From Octopus sinensis (taxonomy: Eukaryota), in the NCBI RefSeq assembly GCF_006345805.1, contig NC_043009.1:59830001-59894000 (forward strand): a stretch of 64,000 bases of DNA. Reading direction: 5' to 3'. Positions 11,888 through 22,459 of the stretch are shown piece after piece; position 1 is the stretch's first letter; every line of letters starts with the position of its first letter. A program made the position numbers and the translations under genes. The notes beneath the pieces were generated by a model. It saw only the letters and a list, made by a program, of their open reading frames with translations. It made no database searches and was not told the DNA's origin.

Positions 11888-12066
11888 AGATCGCTAGCCA
11901 CTACACATTCTTTATTTTCTCTCCTTGTTTCTTTCTGTGTTCCTTTCCGTGGAAGAGCATAGGCTCAAAACGTTAAAGACTTCACTTCCCAAGCGTTATA
12001 CTAATACATCTGTTTGTTGTCTACACCACCTCTCTTCGTCCTTTTTTTCTTTTTTGTGAATTATCC

Positions 12067-12097
<31 letters not shown>

Positions 12098-12107
12098 ACC
12101 AAATCAA

Positions 12108-12530
12108 AATAGATGAACATCAATGGAATTTGTATGTTTGTGGTACCAGTGCCGATGGCATATAAGAAAGCCATCCGAACATGGCCGTAGCCAGTACCGC
12201 ATCGACTGGCCTCCGTGCTGTGGGCACATAACAAACACCATCCGATCGTGGCTGTTGGCCAGCCTCGTCTGGCACCTGTGTCGGTGGCACATAAAAAACA
12301 CCATCCGAGCGTGGCCGTCTGCCAGCCTCGTCTGGCACCTGTGTCGGTGGCACATAAAATCACCCACTACACTCTCAGAGTGGTTGGCGTTAGGAAGGAC
12401 ATCCAGCTGTAGAAACACCGCCAGATCTGACTGGCCTGGTGCAGCCTTCGGGCTCCCCAGACCCCAGTTGAACCGTCCAACCCATGCTAGCATGGAAAGC
12501 GGATGTTAAACGATGATGATGATGATGATA
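12108..12530 (+). mobile_element. RTE 3' UTR/tail with internal ~62-bp tandem units
   Basis: Nearly identical to the 46808-47380 copy in the opposite orientation, but with fewer units. Confidence 0.8.
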
Positions 12531-12719
12531 TAGCCTTTCATGAAAAGCATGTCTGGCCATAAGAGAAATATCACCTTGCTTGGAAATAAACGAAGGTTGG
12601 TGATAGGAAGAGCACCTGCCAACATAAAATCTGCCTCAGCAAATTGTCACTCACCCATGCAAACATGGAAAAGTGGACATTGATGATGATGTTCATAATG
12701 TATATATGTATATATATGT

Positions 12720-12970
12720 AAAATGGCACATAAAAAGCGCCATCTGAACATGGTCAATGCTGGTGCCTCCTGATTGGCTCCCATGCCGGTGGCACCTAAA
12801 AATACACCTGCTAGACTCTCGGAGTAGTTGGCATTAAGAAGGGCATCCAGCTGTAGAAACCTTGCCAGATCAGATTGGGGCCTGGTGCTGCCTACTGGTT
12901 CGCCAGTCCTCAGTCAAACCGTCCATCCCATGCCAGCATGGAAAGTGGACGTTAAATGATGATGATGATG
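12720..12970 (+). mobile_element. RTE 3' tail
   Basis: ggcattaagaagggcatccagctgtagaaa...ggacgttaaat(gat)n. Confidence 0.7.
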
Positions 12971-13169
12971 TCTCCCTTGTCTATGCCACCAATGTAAAAA
13001 GTTGGCAAGAAGCAGCACAGCTTGAAACCAGTGCCATTGCAAGCTTGTCATCAGAATGCAATGAACCAGATGGTCTGGCTCTGGGTTGGTGAAAGGACAA
13101 ATTTGACCAAAGTAAGATCGAAATTCAGTGCATAGAGCATCAGAGTAAGTCTAGCCAAGTCATTTAACC

Positions 13170-13650
13170 TGTTACTTTAAGTAAAGGTCAAGTTACCTTC
13201 GCGAATCATGTTGACTAATAAGGGCTGGTTTCCCAGTATAAATTTCCCACCTGGACAGGACACCAGTCTATCACAGGATTACTCATATTTCCCAGCTGAC
13301 TGGACTGGAACATCATGAAATGAAGGGTTGCCCGGTCCAGGTAAGATACCATAATCTTATGGTAATGAGTCCAACACCCTAAACACTAAGCCTCGTGCCT
13401 CCACTCTGTTACTTTAAGGGTTAGTCCACGTTAGTCTGTAAGGAACATAGGGCCTGTTTCCTGTTTTCTCTCATGTGTATATATTTTTCCCCTGGATGGG
13501 ACGCTAGTCCATCATGAGATAACTCATTTTTACTGGAGCGCTGTGAAACGCAATGTTTTGCTTGAGAACACAATGCATCACCCAGTCCGGGATTTGAAAC
13601 CACAATTTTATGATCGTGAGTTCACCACCCTAACCACTAATCCACACAGC
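13170..13650 (-). mobile_element. Two diverged CORE-type SINEs of the third family (as 55633-56143)
   Basis: gactggaacatcatgaaatgaag..., gttttgcttgagaacacaatgc...gaaaccacaat...cctaaccactaa. Confidence 0.6.
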
Positions 13651-14096
13651 TAATTGCTTTAATGACTCAGCTACAAAGTACGCACACACACACACATGCA
13701 CACACTGCAAAATGTCACCACTTCTTTCGAAGCAGAAACTACTTCAGTTCCAATCAGTTGTTGACCCCTATACAAAGTTCAAGTGTGTTCCATACTGGAA
13801 GGCTGCTCATGCTTCAGAGATAGCGACTTTTCAAATGTGTTTTAAAATGCCAACCCGGCTTTGCGAGCGAGTACTTCATCATCTACCACACTTGATCTGT
13901 GTTGAGGAAGGGAGGAGGCCCGGTAGCTTATTATTGTAGCTGAAGTAGTTCATTCTTGTTTTGAAGGTGCTGCCATGGCTGTTTGATTTAAGAAGTTTAT
14001 ATTGCAACCATGTGGTTTATGGTTCAATTCCACTGCATGGCACGTCGAACAACTTGTTTTCTGCTATGGTCTCAGATTGACCAAAATTTTGTTAGT

Positions 14097-14405
14097 GGAG
14101 GCACATAGCCTAGTGGTTAGAGCAGCGGACTCACGGTCGAGGGATCGTGGGTTCGAATCTCAGACCGGGCTATGTGTGTTTTTATGAGCAATACACCTAA
14201 GCTCCACGTGGTTCCGGCAGAAGGTAATGGCGAACTTCTGCTGACTCTTTCGCCATAACTTTCTCTCACTCTTTCCTCCTCACCTGCATTTTGCAGCTCA
14301 CCTTCGACGGACCGGCATCCCGTCCAGGTGGGGAACCTATACGCCAATGAAACCGGGAAACCGGTCCTTATGAGCCAGGCATGGCTCGAGAAGGAACAAA
14401 CAAAA
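14097..14405 (+). mobile_element. tRNA-derived SINE, fourth family
   Basis: tRNA-like head ggaggcacatagcctagtggttagagcagcggactc...gggttcgaatctc with A and B boxes and no complete cloverleaf; body ends ggctcgagaaggaacaaacaaaaa. Confidence 0.7.
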
Positions 14406-14546
14406 ATTTTGTTAGTGAATTCTGGTTGGTAGAAATTATACAAAAGCCTAGTTGCATGCGCACGTGTGTGTGTCTGTCTGTCTGTCTATCTCTGTGCTTC
14501 AACATTGACACTTTTCATGACAGTAATGTCTGTCTCGCATAAATTG

Positions 14547-14786
14547 TACAGAGTAGCCCAAAAGTAGGTTTGTAGTTATTCAACTATCTCTTTCGCATTC
14601 ATATATTAACAATTTAGATCTTAATTATAAAAAAAATATGAAACCATTATTCTATGCTAATTTAGTTTAATTTTGTCAGCGTCCCTTTTCAGTTTGTAAG
14701 ACAGAAATTTAGATGTAATAAAACGTTTTAAAAGAAATTTAAAGTGCTTACATGATAACTGTAAACTTATTTTGGGCCACCTTGCA
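14547..14786. mobile_element. Tc1/mariner-type MITE
   Basis: TIR TA-CAGAGTAGCCCAAAAGTAGG / TTTTGGGCCACCTTG. An inverted family copy is at 43782-44021. Confidence 0.75.
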
Positions 14787-15329
14787 TGTTCCATAACGTG
14801 GCAGTCCAACATATGAGGACCAGTGGAGTTAAATATCTAACATGTAAACAAGCATGGAAAAAATGAACGTACAGACGATGATGTGAACAAAAACTATTGC
14901 TAGACTTTCTCTCTCTCTCTGTCCCTCACACACACACAAACCAGCTTCTTTCAGTTTCCATCTACGGAACCCACTCACAAGGCTTTGGTCATCCTGGGGT
15001 TATAGTTGAAGAATCTTACCAAAAGTGTCACACAGTGAGACGGAATCTGAAACCATGCAGTTGTGGGTTGTGAAGTGAACTTGGGAACCACACAGTTTGT
15101 GTCAACGGATTTAATGCGGAGAGCATCCAAAAACGTGTTTGGAAAAAATATGCCATGAGGAAGAGATAACATTAGTTCCATGATTAATATTATTTTAATT
15201 ATTTTGATGACACCCTCAGACAAAGCATAGACTACACTGCATACTTGTCAAAGAGAATCACTAAGACATTGTGTAATGTTGTCCACGAGTATGAGTAGGA
15301 AACTGGGATATTTTGAAAACAACAACTAT

Positions 15330-15985
15330 AAGGTACTTAATGTATCGACCCCGAAAGGATGAAAGGCAAAGTCGACCTCGGCGGAATTTGAACTCGGAAC
15401 GTAGCGACAGACGAAATACCTAATTCTTTATTACCCACAACGAGCTAAACACAGAGGGGACAAACAAGGACAGACAAACGGATGAAGTCGATTATGTTGA
15501 CCCCAGTACGCAACTGGTATTTATTTTATCGATCTCGATAGGACAAACAGTGAAGTCAACCTCGGCGGAATTTAAACTCGGAACGTGAAGCATTTCGCCC
15601 GGCGTGCTAACGTTTCTGCCAGCTCGCAGACTTAACAACAAAAACAACATCAATAATTATTATTATTATAGGCGGGGGGGGGGGTAAAGAATACGTGCAC
15701 CACCCGTTTTCGGCATAACCCTAACCCTCGAAAACGTGTGGTGTGCGTATTCTTTATCTTAGCATAATAATAATAATAATAATATCCCTTTTTATTACAG
15801 ACACAGGGTCGGGAATTTTGTGGGAAGGGGTAAGTCATTTACATCGCCCCAGTGTTTAAATGTTACTTATTTTGTCGACCCCAGAAAGATGAAAGCTAAA
15901 GTCGACCTCGGCGAAATTTGAACTCAGAACGTAAAGACGGACGAAATGCCGCTAAGCATTTTTTTGCCCGGTGTGCTAATGATTA
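15330..15985 (-). mobile_element. Cluster of second-family SINE copies
   Basis: Three gacccc.gaaaggatgaaag..aaagtcgacctcggcg.aatttgaactc modules. Confidence 0.75.
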
Positions 15986-16423
15986 CCACTCGATAATTAT
16001 AAACCTCAGTAATTTATTATTTAAAGTGTGTTCCTTCGTTAGAAAAACCCCTAGCATTAAAAAAAAGAAAAGAAATTAGAATAGGAAGGGAAATAACTCT
16101 GCTGAACCTTCTAGCACTTGCTTCTATGAGGAGGGAAGAGAGGCGAGTAAAAGCTCGCTGATACTTTACAGACACACACACGCAAATGTGCGCGCGCGCT
16201 CACATTGTCATCGTTCGTTACGTAAGGGTCGTGTTCTGGAGTCTTGAAGCATTCAGGAATTTTGGTTTGCGAAGTCTGTTATTCTCTTCAGTTTCTCTGT
16301 TGCATAACGGATAAGCCGATGGGAAAATACTTTCCATGCTTTGGAATTCCACGTTACACTTATTTCGTATTGGGATTTGGTTTGCAAGATTCTTTATATG
16401 AGTTCGTGTGTTGAAGCATGTTC

Positions 16424-16629
16424 TGTTGTGTCTGGGGAGAGTCATTTTCTTTTTGTGCCTTACAATGTAACACACTCACCGGTAAAATTTCCACTTATTT
16501 CTTATTTTTATTTTCCTAATAAAACGAAAATTTTAGGAAAATAAAAATAAGTAAATGAGTGGAAATTTTACCGGTGAGTGTGTTAAATTATAAGGCACAA
16601 AAAGAGAAAGACTCTCCCCAGACACAACA
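16424..16629. repeat. Fold-back palindrome (~95-bp arms)
   Basis: tgttgtgtctggggagagtc...cactcaccggtaaaatttccac...ttcctaa / ttaggaa...gtggaaattttaccggtgagtg...gactctccccagacacaaca. Confidence 0.9.
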
Positions 16630-16680
16630 TTACACATAGATTTTCAGAAATGTAACACTTCTGCAACACATGCACGCATT

Positions 16681-16682
<2 letters not shown>

Positions 16683-16772
<90 letters not shown>
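16683..16772. repeat. (CA)n microsatellite
   Basis: Long uninterrupted CA run. Confidence 0.95.
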
Positions 16773-16773
<1 letters not shown>

Positions 16774-16860
16774 CTACTACTACTACTCGCCAGTGCGTGC
16801 GCACAAACAATATTGGGGGATAATGAAGGAACCTCTGCCCTCACTGACCCTGCTGAAAAT

Positions 16861-17268
16861 ACTCTTTTACTTGTTTCAGTCATTTGACTGTGGCCATGCT
16901 GGAGCACCGCCTTTAGTCGAGCAAATCGACCCCAGGACTTATTCTTTGTAGGCCTAGTACTTATTCTATCGTTCCCTTTTTTGCCGAACCGCTAAGTTAC
17001 GGGGACGTAAACACACCAGCATCGGTTGTCAAGCGATGTTGGGAGACAAAAAAAAACCACACAAACATATACTCACATACACACACACACACACATATAT
17101 TTATATACATATATACAACGGGCTTCTTTCAGTTTCTGTCTACCAAATCCACAAGGCTTTGGTCGACCCGAGGCTATAGTAGAAAACACTCACCCAAGGT
17201 GCCATGCAGTAGGACTGAACCCGGAACTCTGTGGTTCGTAAGCAAGCTATTTACCTCACAGCCACTCC
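16861..17268 (-). mobile_element. CORE-type SINE (full length)
   Basis: Same family as 2702-3101. Confidence 0.8.
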
Positions 17269-18039
17269 TAATTCTTCAAATCACACACTACCATCTGCAA
17301 ATTTAGAGAGTCATATATGGGATTTTATATAGACCTACATACACTGAGTGTGAAAGAAAGCATGGGATGGTCACAGCCTATGGCTAAACAACAAGAGCTG
17401 TTGTAGAAGACCCCCATCTAAAGGTTCCACACAGGGAAATTGAACCTGTTCTATGGTCCATTGCGTAGATGAGTGGTTCTCATACTTTTTCTCTGGGGGC
17501 CCATTTGCATACCCCCCCAAAATCCGGGGCCCACTGGAATTCCCCTCTTATTAGCACTACTGATATGATATAAGTAGCCAGTTTATGTTGCTTTGAAAAG
17601 ATTAATGTAGAGAAAGATGGATAAATCCTGTCCGGTACATAAATCCTTCTGTCCCTAAAGAGTTAAATTTTGTCTGTGCTATAGAAATTTCGAATTTTTC
17701 CAACAGCTTGCATGCAGCCAGGATTTCAAACGAATTTAACCTCTCCCTGTTGTTGCCCAACTTACCTGGAGTCTTATCTTTATGCCAATTTACATGGACT
17801 CTTATCTAGTGGTTCTTGTAAGTGATTATAACGTTTTTGGACCATTAACCCAACCCTTATCCGTTTCACCAACCACTTACCAAACCCCTTACATCGCAAC
17901 TTATACCAAAATGAATGCATAAATTTGTGTCAGTGACCCGACAGATAACATGAGTTCATTGCTGTCTCTTGCACTAGCTTCACATAGAAGCCCCAGCCCA
18001 TCCAAAGTACCTTGGATCGCAGGACAACCTGCTGTGTTT

Positions 18040-18320
18040 ACCTTAGATCGTAGGGCGACCTGCTGTGCTTGAGGAGACCTATTGAGTCAAGTACATCAAC
18101 ATCAAAAATCAAATGGAAATTGTAGTTGTGATACCTGTGCCTGTTGCACATAAAAAGCACCCACTACACTCACGGAGTGCTTGACTTTAGGAAGGGCATC
18201 CAGCTGTAGAAACACTGCCAGATCAGACTGGAGCCTGGTGCAGCCTCCTGGCTTCCCAGACTCCAGTCAAACCGTCCAACCCATGCTAGCATGGAAAATG
18301 GATGTTAAACGATGATGATC
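18040..18320 (+). mobile_element. RTE 3' UTR/tail
   Basis: aaatcaaatggaaattgtagttgtgatacc...gaagggcatccagctgtag...(gat)n. Confidence 0.7.
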
Positions 18321-18886
18321 TTCTGCCAAACCCTTAGATTTGGCTCACTGAACCCCTGGGATTTGACCAAACACAGGTTGAGAATCATTGTCCAAATTCA
18401 TCCACCTGACAGTTATTGACAATACTGTAATATGTAAAGATAAGATATTTGTTTTACTTATTCTCACCCAAAAAGACAGATAAAGTTCAAAATAAATCGA
18501 AATAATTATTAATGAAATAAATTGGAAAATAAGAATAATGTTCAATCGAAATCAAAATCGATGACTGGCAACCGTGCTAGTGGAGCGCTAAGAGAACCAT
18601 ATGAATGAGATCGGGGCCAGAGCAACAAGCTGGCCTCGTTAAAAACACCATTCGAGCATGATTGTTACCTGCGTCGCCTACTAGCACTTATGCTTGTGGC
18701 ACATGAAAAAACATTTGAGTGAGGTCTTTGCCAGTGCCGCTGGACTGGCTACTGTGCAGGTGTCACATAAAAAGCACATATATATATCAATAATAACAAA
18801 GGGTAAAATTAATTAAGAAGTAATCAATAATTTCACCAAGTAGAATTCGGCATGAAAAAAGGACCATTTCACGGTAAACTTAAGTA

Positions 18887-19120
18887 ATATTTAATAAAAG
18901 GGTTCAGCAAAGATTTGCTTTACCACACACCGAAGTTTAGAAATAGCAGCCAAAAATCTTAGCTATTTCTTCTACTTTAAAAAGGGACTCCTAGAGAAAC
19001 CAAAATACTTGAAAGGAGTCCCTTTTTAAAGTAGAAGAAATAGCTAAGATTTTTGACTGCTATTTCTAAACTTCGGTATGTGGTAAGGCAAATCTTTGCT
19101 GAACCCTATTTATTAAGTAT
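18887..19120. repeat. Fold-back palindrome (~104-bp arms)
   Basis: agggttcagcaaagatttgc...aaaaagggactcc / ggagtccctttttaaag...gcaaatctttgctgaaccct. A single-arm family copy is at 58080-58296. Confidence 0.9.
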
Positions 19121-20068
19121 ATATATATATAATATATATATATATATAATTATATATACCTGTGTGCAACTGTGTTCTTTCAGTTTCCGTCTATCAAATC
19201 CACTCACAAGATGGTTGAGGAGTAAGCTTCTTACTGCTCAACCAGCCTATTGGCTTCATTTAATGCCTGCCTTCCTTGCTGGCATGAGTTGGGCGGCTTG
19301 ACAGGATCTGACAACCCAGATGATTGTGTTGAGCATCACTGTCTGTTTTGGTGTGGTTTCTCTGGCTGGATGTCCTTTCTAATATGCCAGCCACTTTGCA
19401 GAGCGTAAAGGGTCAAAATGCAAAGACCACCCTCTTTGGTCATGAATGACCATGGGATTTATTTCTTTATTGCCCACAAGAGGCTAAACATAGATGGGAC
19501 AAACAAGGACAGACAAGGGGATTAAGTCGATTTATATCGAACCCAGTGATTTACTTGTACTTATTTAATTGACCCCGAAAGGATGAAAGGCAAAGTCGAC
19601 CTCGGCAGAATTTGAACTCAGAACGTAATGACAGACGAAATACCTCTAGGCATTTCGCCCGGTGTGCTAACATTTCTGCCAGCTTGCAGATTGCACCTAA
19701 AAAGTTTTCCTCGGAGGTAAGGTTATTTATGCAAGACGAGCATTCACCCATGCTTACCAGCCTCTCTTCTCCATGCCACTGATATTATCCAAGGAGAAGG
19801 CAAAGGGGCCGATACAGCTTGGCACCAGTGACATTGCAACTCATTTCTAAACCTAAGCAAACTGAAGCAACATGAAATAAAGTATCTTGTTTAAGAATAC
19901 AACTTGGTCTGAGTGCCTTTTATGTGGCACCAGCAGCAGAGAGTTCACCTAGTAACTTACTGGACAGAGCCCCCTCAACCGGAGGGAATAGTATTGAAAG
20001 ACAGAAAAGGTGCACCAGGTCATGAAAGTTACAAGAAGAATTATGGCACAATTAAGAAAAGAATTAGC

Positions 20069-20824
20069 TTAACCCTTTCGTTACTGTATTTATTTTGAGA
20101 TGTTCTGTGTTTCTTTCAATTACTTCAAATATAACAAAGAATTTAGTAAAATAACTTAGTTATCATTCAGCTAGTGTTAGGAACATAAATTGTGATGAGG
20201 GTTTGGTGGAAGATTTTAATTCAAAACTTATGAAAACAAGACATTTGAATTACATAGCCAGAGGCGGTTTCATCCAGGTTGGTAACGAAAGGGTTAAGAA
20301 TGGTTTCTCTATTATATATTTTAACCCTTTTGTTACCATATTTATTTTGAGATGCTCTGTTTCTTTCAATTACTTTAAATATAACAAAGAATTTAGTAAA
20401 ATAACTTAGTTATCAATCAGCTAGTGTTAGGAACATAAATTGTGGCTAAGGTTTAGTGGAAGATTTTAATTCAAAACTTATGAAAACAAAACATTTGTAC
20501 TCAGAGGCAGAAGCTGTTTCAGCCGGGTTGGTATCGAAAGGGTTAAGAATGGTTTCTCTATTATATATTTAAACCCTTTTGTTACCATATTTCTGTTGAG
20601 ATACTCTGTGTTTCTTTCAATAAATTTTAAATATAACTAAGAATTTAGTAAAATAACTTAGTTATCATTCAGCTAGTGTTAGGAACATAAATTGTGACTA
20701 AGGCTTTGTGGAAGATTTTAATTCAAAACTTATGAAAACAAGTTATTTGTATTACAGAGCTAGAAGCTGTTTCAGCCGGGTTGGTATCGAAAGGGTTAAG
20801 AATGGTTTCTCTATTATATATTAA
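20069..20824. mobile_element. Three tandem piggyBac-like MITEs, each followed by the same ~24-bp spacer
   Basis: TTAA-CCCTTT...AAAGGG-TTAA at 20069-20297, 20321-20546 and 20569-20799; spacer gaatggtttctctattatatatt. Confidence 0.85.
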
Positions 20825-21538
20825 GGTGTAAATTCGTAATGAGTACAACTAATACACTGTGCAGGTAGGAAGGTTGTTTTCAGTCCACTTTAGTTCGTCA
20901 TAGTCCATGAAGCTATATAACAGAGGCCAGTTCGTTGTGAGAACTACATTATGCTGACGAAACATTGTAACAAGTAGGACAATTGAAATATCTAGAAGTA
21001 AACAAATGACAGTCACTCTGAATTGATAGCATGCCTTGTACTAAAATATAATTTTCACAGACCAACCAGCTGTTGTCAGTCTCTGACATATCGATCTTAT
21101 CTCTACTTTCTTCCTCTTATTAAATAACTATAGATCCAACTTCCTTTATTCTATCACACACAGTGCATTTTACCCGTTCCTTACTGTATCAATATATTTA
21201 TATATATATATATATATATATACACATACATGGATGTATATTTATTTATACCTACACACTTGTGGCCTTACTGTATATCAAGCATTATGGTTTTACCAGG
21301 AACAGTAAGTTCTATTATATATTTTTATTTTGTTTTTGTTTAGCCCTTGGTCAACTCTGGTCTGGCAGACCTTATGATCAAAGACATTCCAACCTTGACA
21401 CTTCTATATTTTTTTTATATTTGATTACCTATTGTCTCTTTTTCTTTTTCTTTTTTTTTAAGACAGCAGTGGGGCTGTGATTTGAGAGAGATTTGGCTAC
21501 TATTTCTAACAGGTCTAGTGATCATGTAGAACAGTGAC

Positions 21539-21804
21539 CTGTGGTTCTCTACTGGAGTCCATGTAGGATTTTTTTGGGAGCTCCATGTAAGATTTTGTTG
21601 TTAAAATTTATGTACTGCAAATTGATTTTATTTCTCACTATACACGAAATATAAAAATTTTTTTTTTTTTAATACAGTTTCCTAATAATATTTAATTCTA
21701 AAAATGTAACAGGATTTCTTCAAACATTAAATGACTTTAAGGGCCCATCCGAGTAAAACCAGGTTCAAAGGGGTCCGTAGATGATAAATGGTTGAGAAAC
21801 CCTG
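21539..21804. mobile_element. Possible hAT/Charlie-like MITE
   Basis: Ends ctgtggttctctac / gttgagaaaccctg resemble CAGGGGTTCTCAAC-type TIRs. No clear 8-bp TSD. Confidence 0.35.
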
Positions 21805-22247
21805 TAGAAGTTCCCCCGTTGACTTTTGTTGTTTTGCTACTGCTTAGCTCCCTTATAGGGGACACCTTTGAGCATGAGATCATTCCAAGCTTACTGATCC
21901 CACTTTTTGCTTCTGTTCCTGTTATACTCAGTATATGTTGGACTACATTACTCAACATATCTTTCACATTTTTAAAGTGTGATCTGGAGGATATTTGGCT
22001 GCTATTTGTAGCATGTCAAGCGATTGAGTAAAGGATTCATCATTCATTGTAGTTTTTATTGTTTGACGGGGGGGGGGGGGTTTAAATATCCAAGATATTT
22101 TGTTTAACAGCTTTGTCAGAGGATGAAGCGTTATATCTGTGATCCCTCCCAGAGTTTCTGAAACTGGTACAGGTCATCTTTAGACATGAGACTTGATCTG
22201 AGTTCTTGCAACAGGGTAGATCTGCCTTAGACACTCAAGGACCAGAT

Positions 22248-22459
22248 CATCATCATCATCATCATCATCATTGTTATTTAGCATTCATTTTCCATATTGG
22301 CATGGTTGGATGGTTTCACAGGGGCTGCACCAGGTTCCACAGTCTGTTTCCGCATGGTTTCTACAGCTTGATGCCCATCCCAATACCAACCACTTTACAG
22401 CATTTCCTGGGTGCTTTTTACATGGCACCATCACCTGTGATTTTTACATGTCACTTTAT
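22248..22459 (-). mobile_element. RTE 3' tail hosting the 26-bp minisatellite
   Basis: (cat)n, ttccatattggcatggttggatgg, ctacagcttgatgccc, caaccact..., leading into the array. Confidence 0.7.

Noticed and set aside
14097-14170. tRNA gene-like sequence (also 55820-55885, 63130-63197)
   Set aside because: A and B boxes run into SINE bodies without a complete acceptor stem. These are SINE heads, not tRNA genes.
21737-22031. Hydrophobic 79-aa ORF resembling a membrane protein exon
   Set aside because: Not NIPA-like, no fitting splice sites, and it ends in a repeat motif (gatatttggctgctattt) seen elsewhere in the window.
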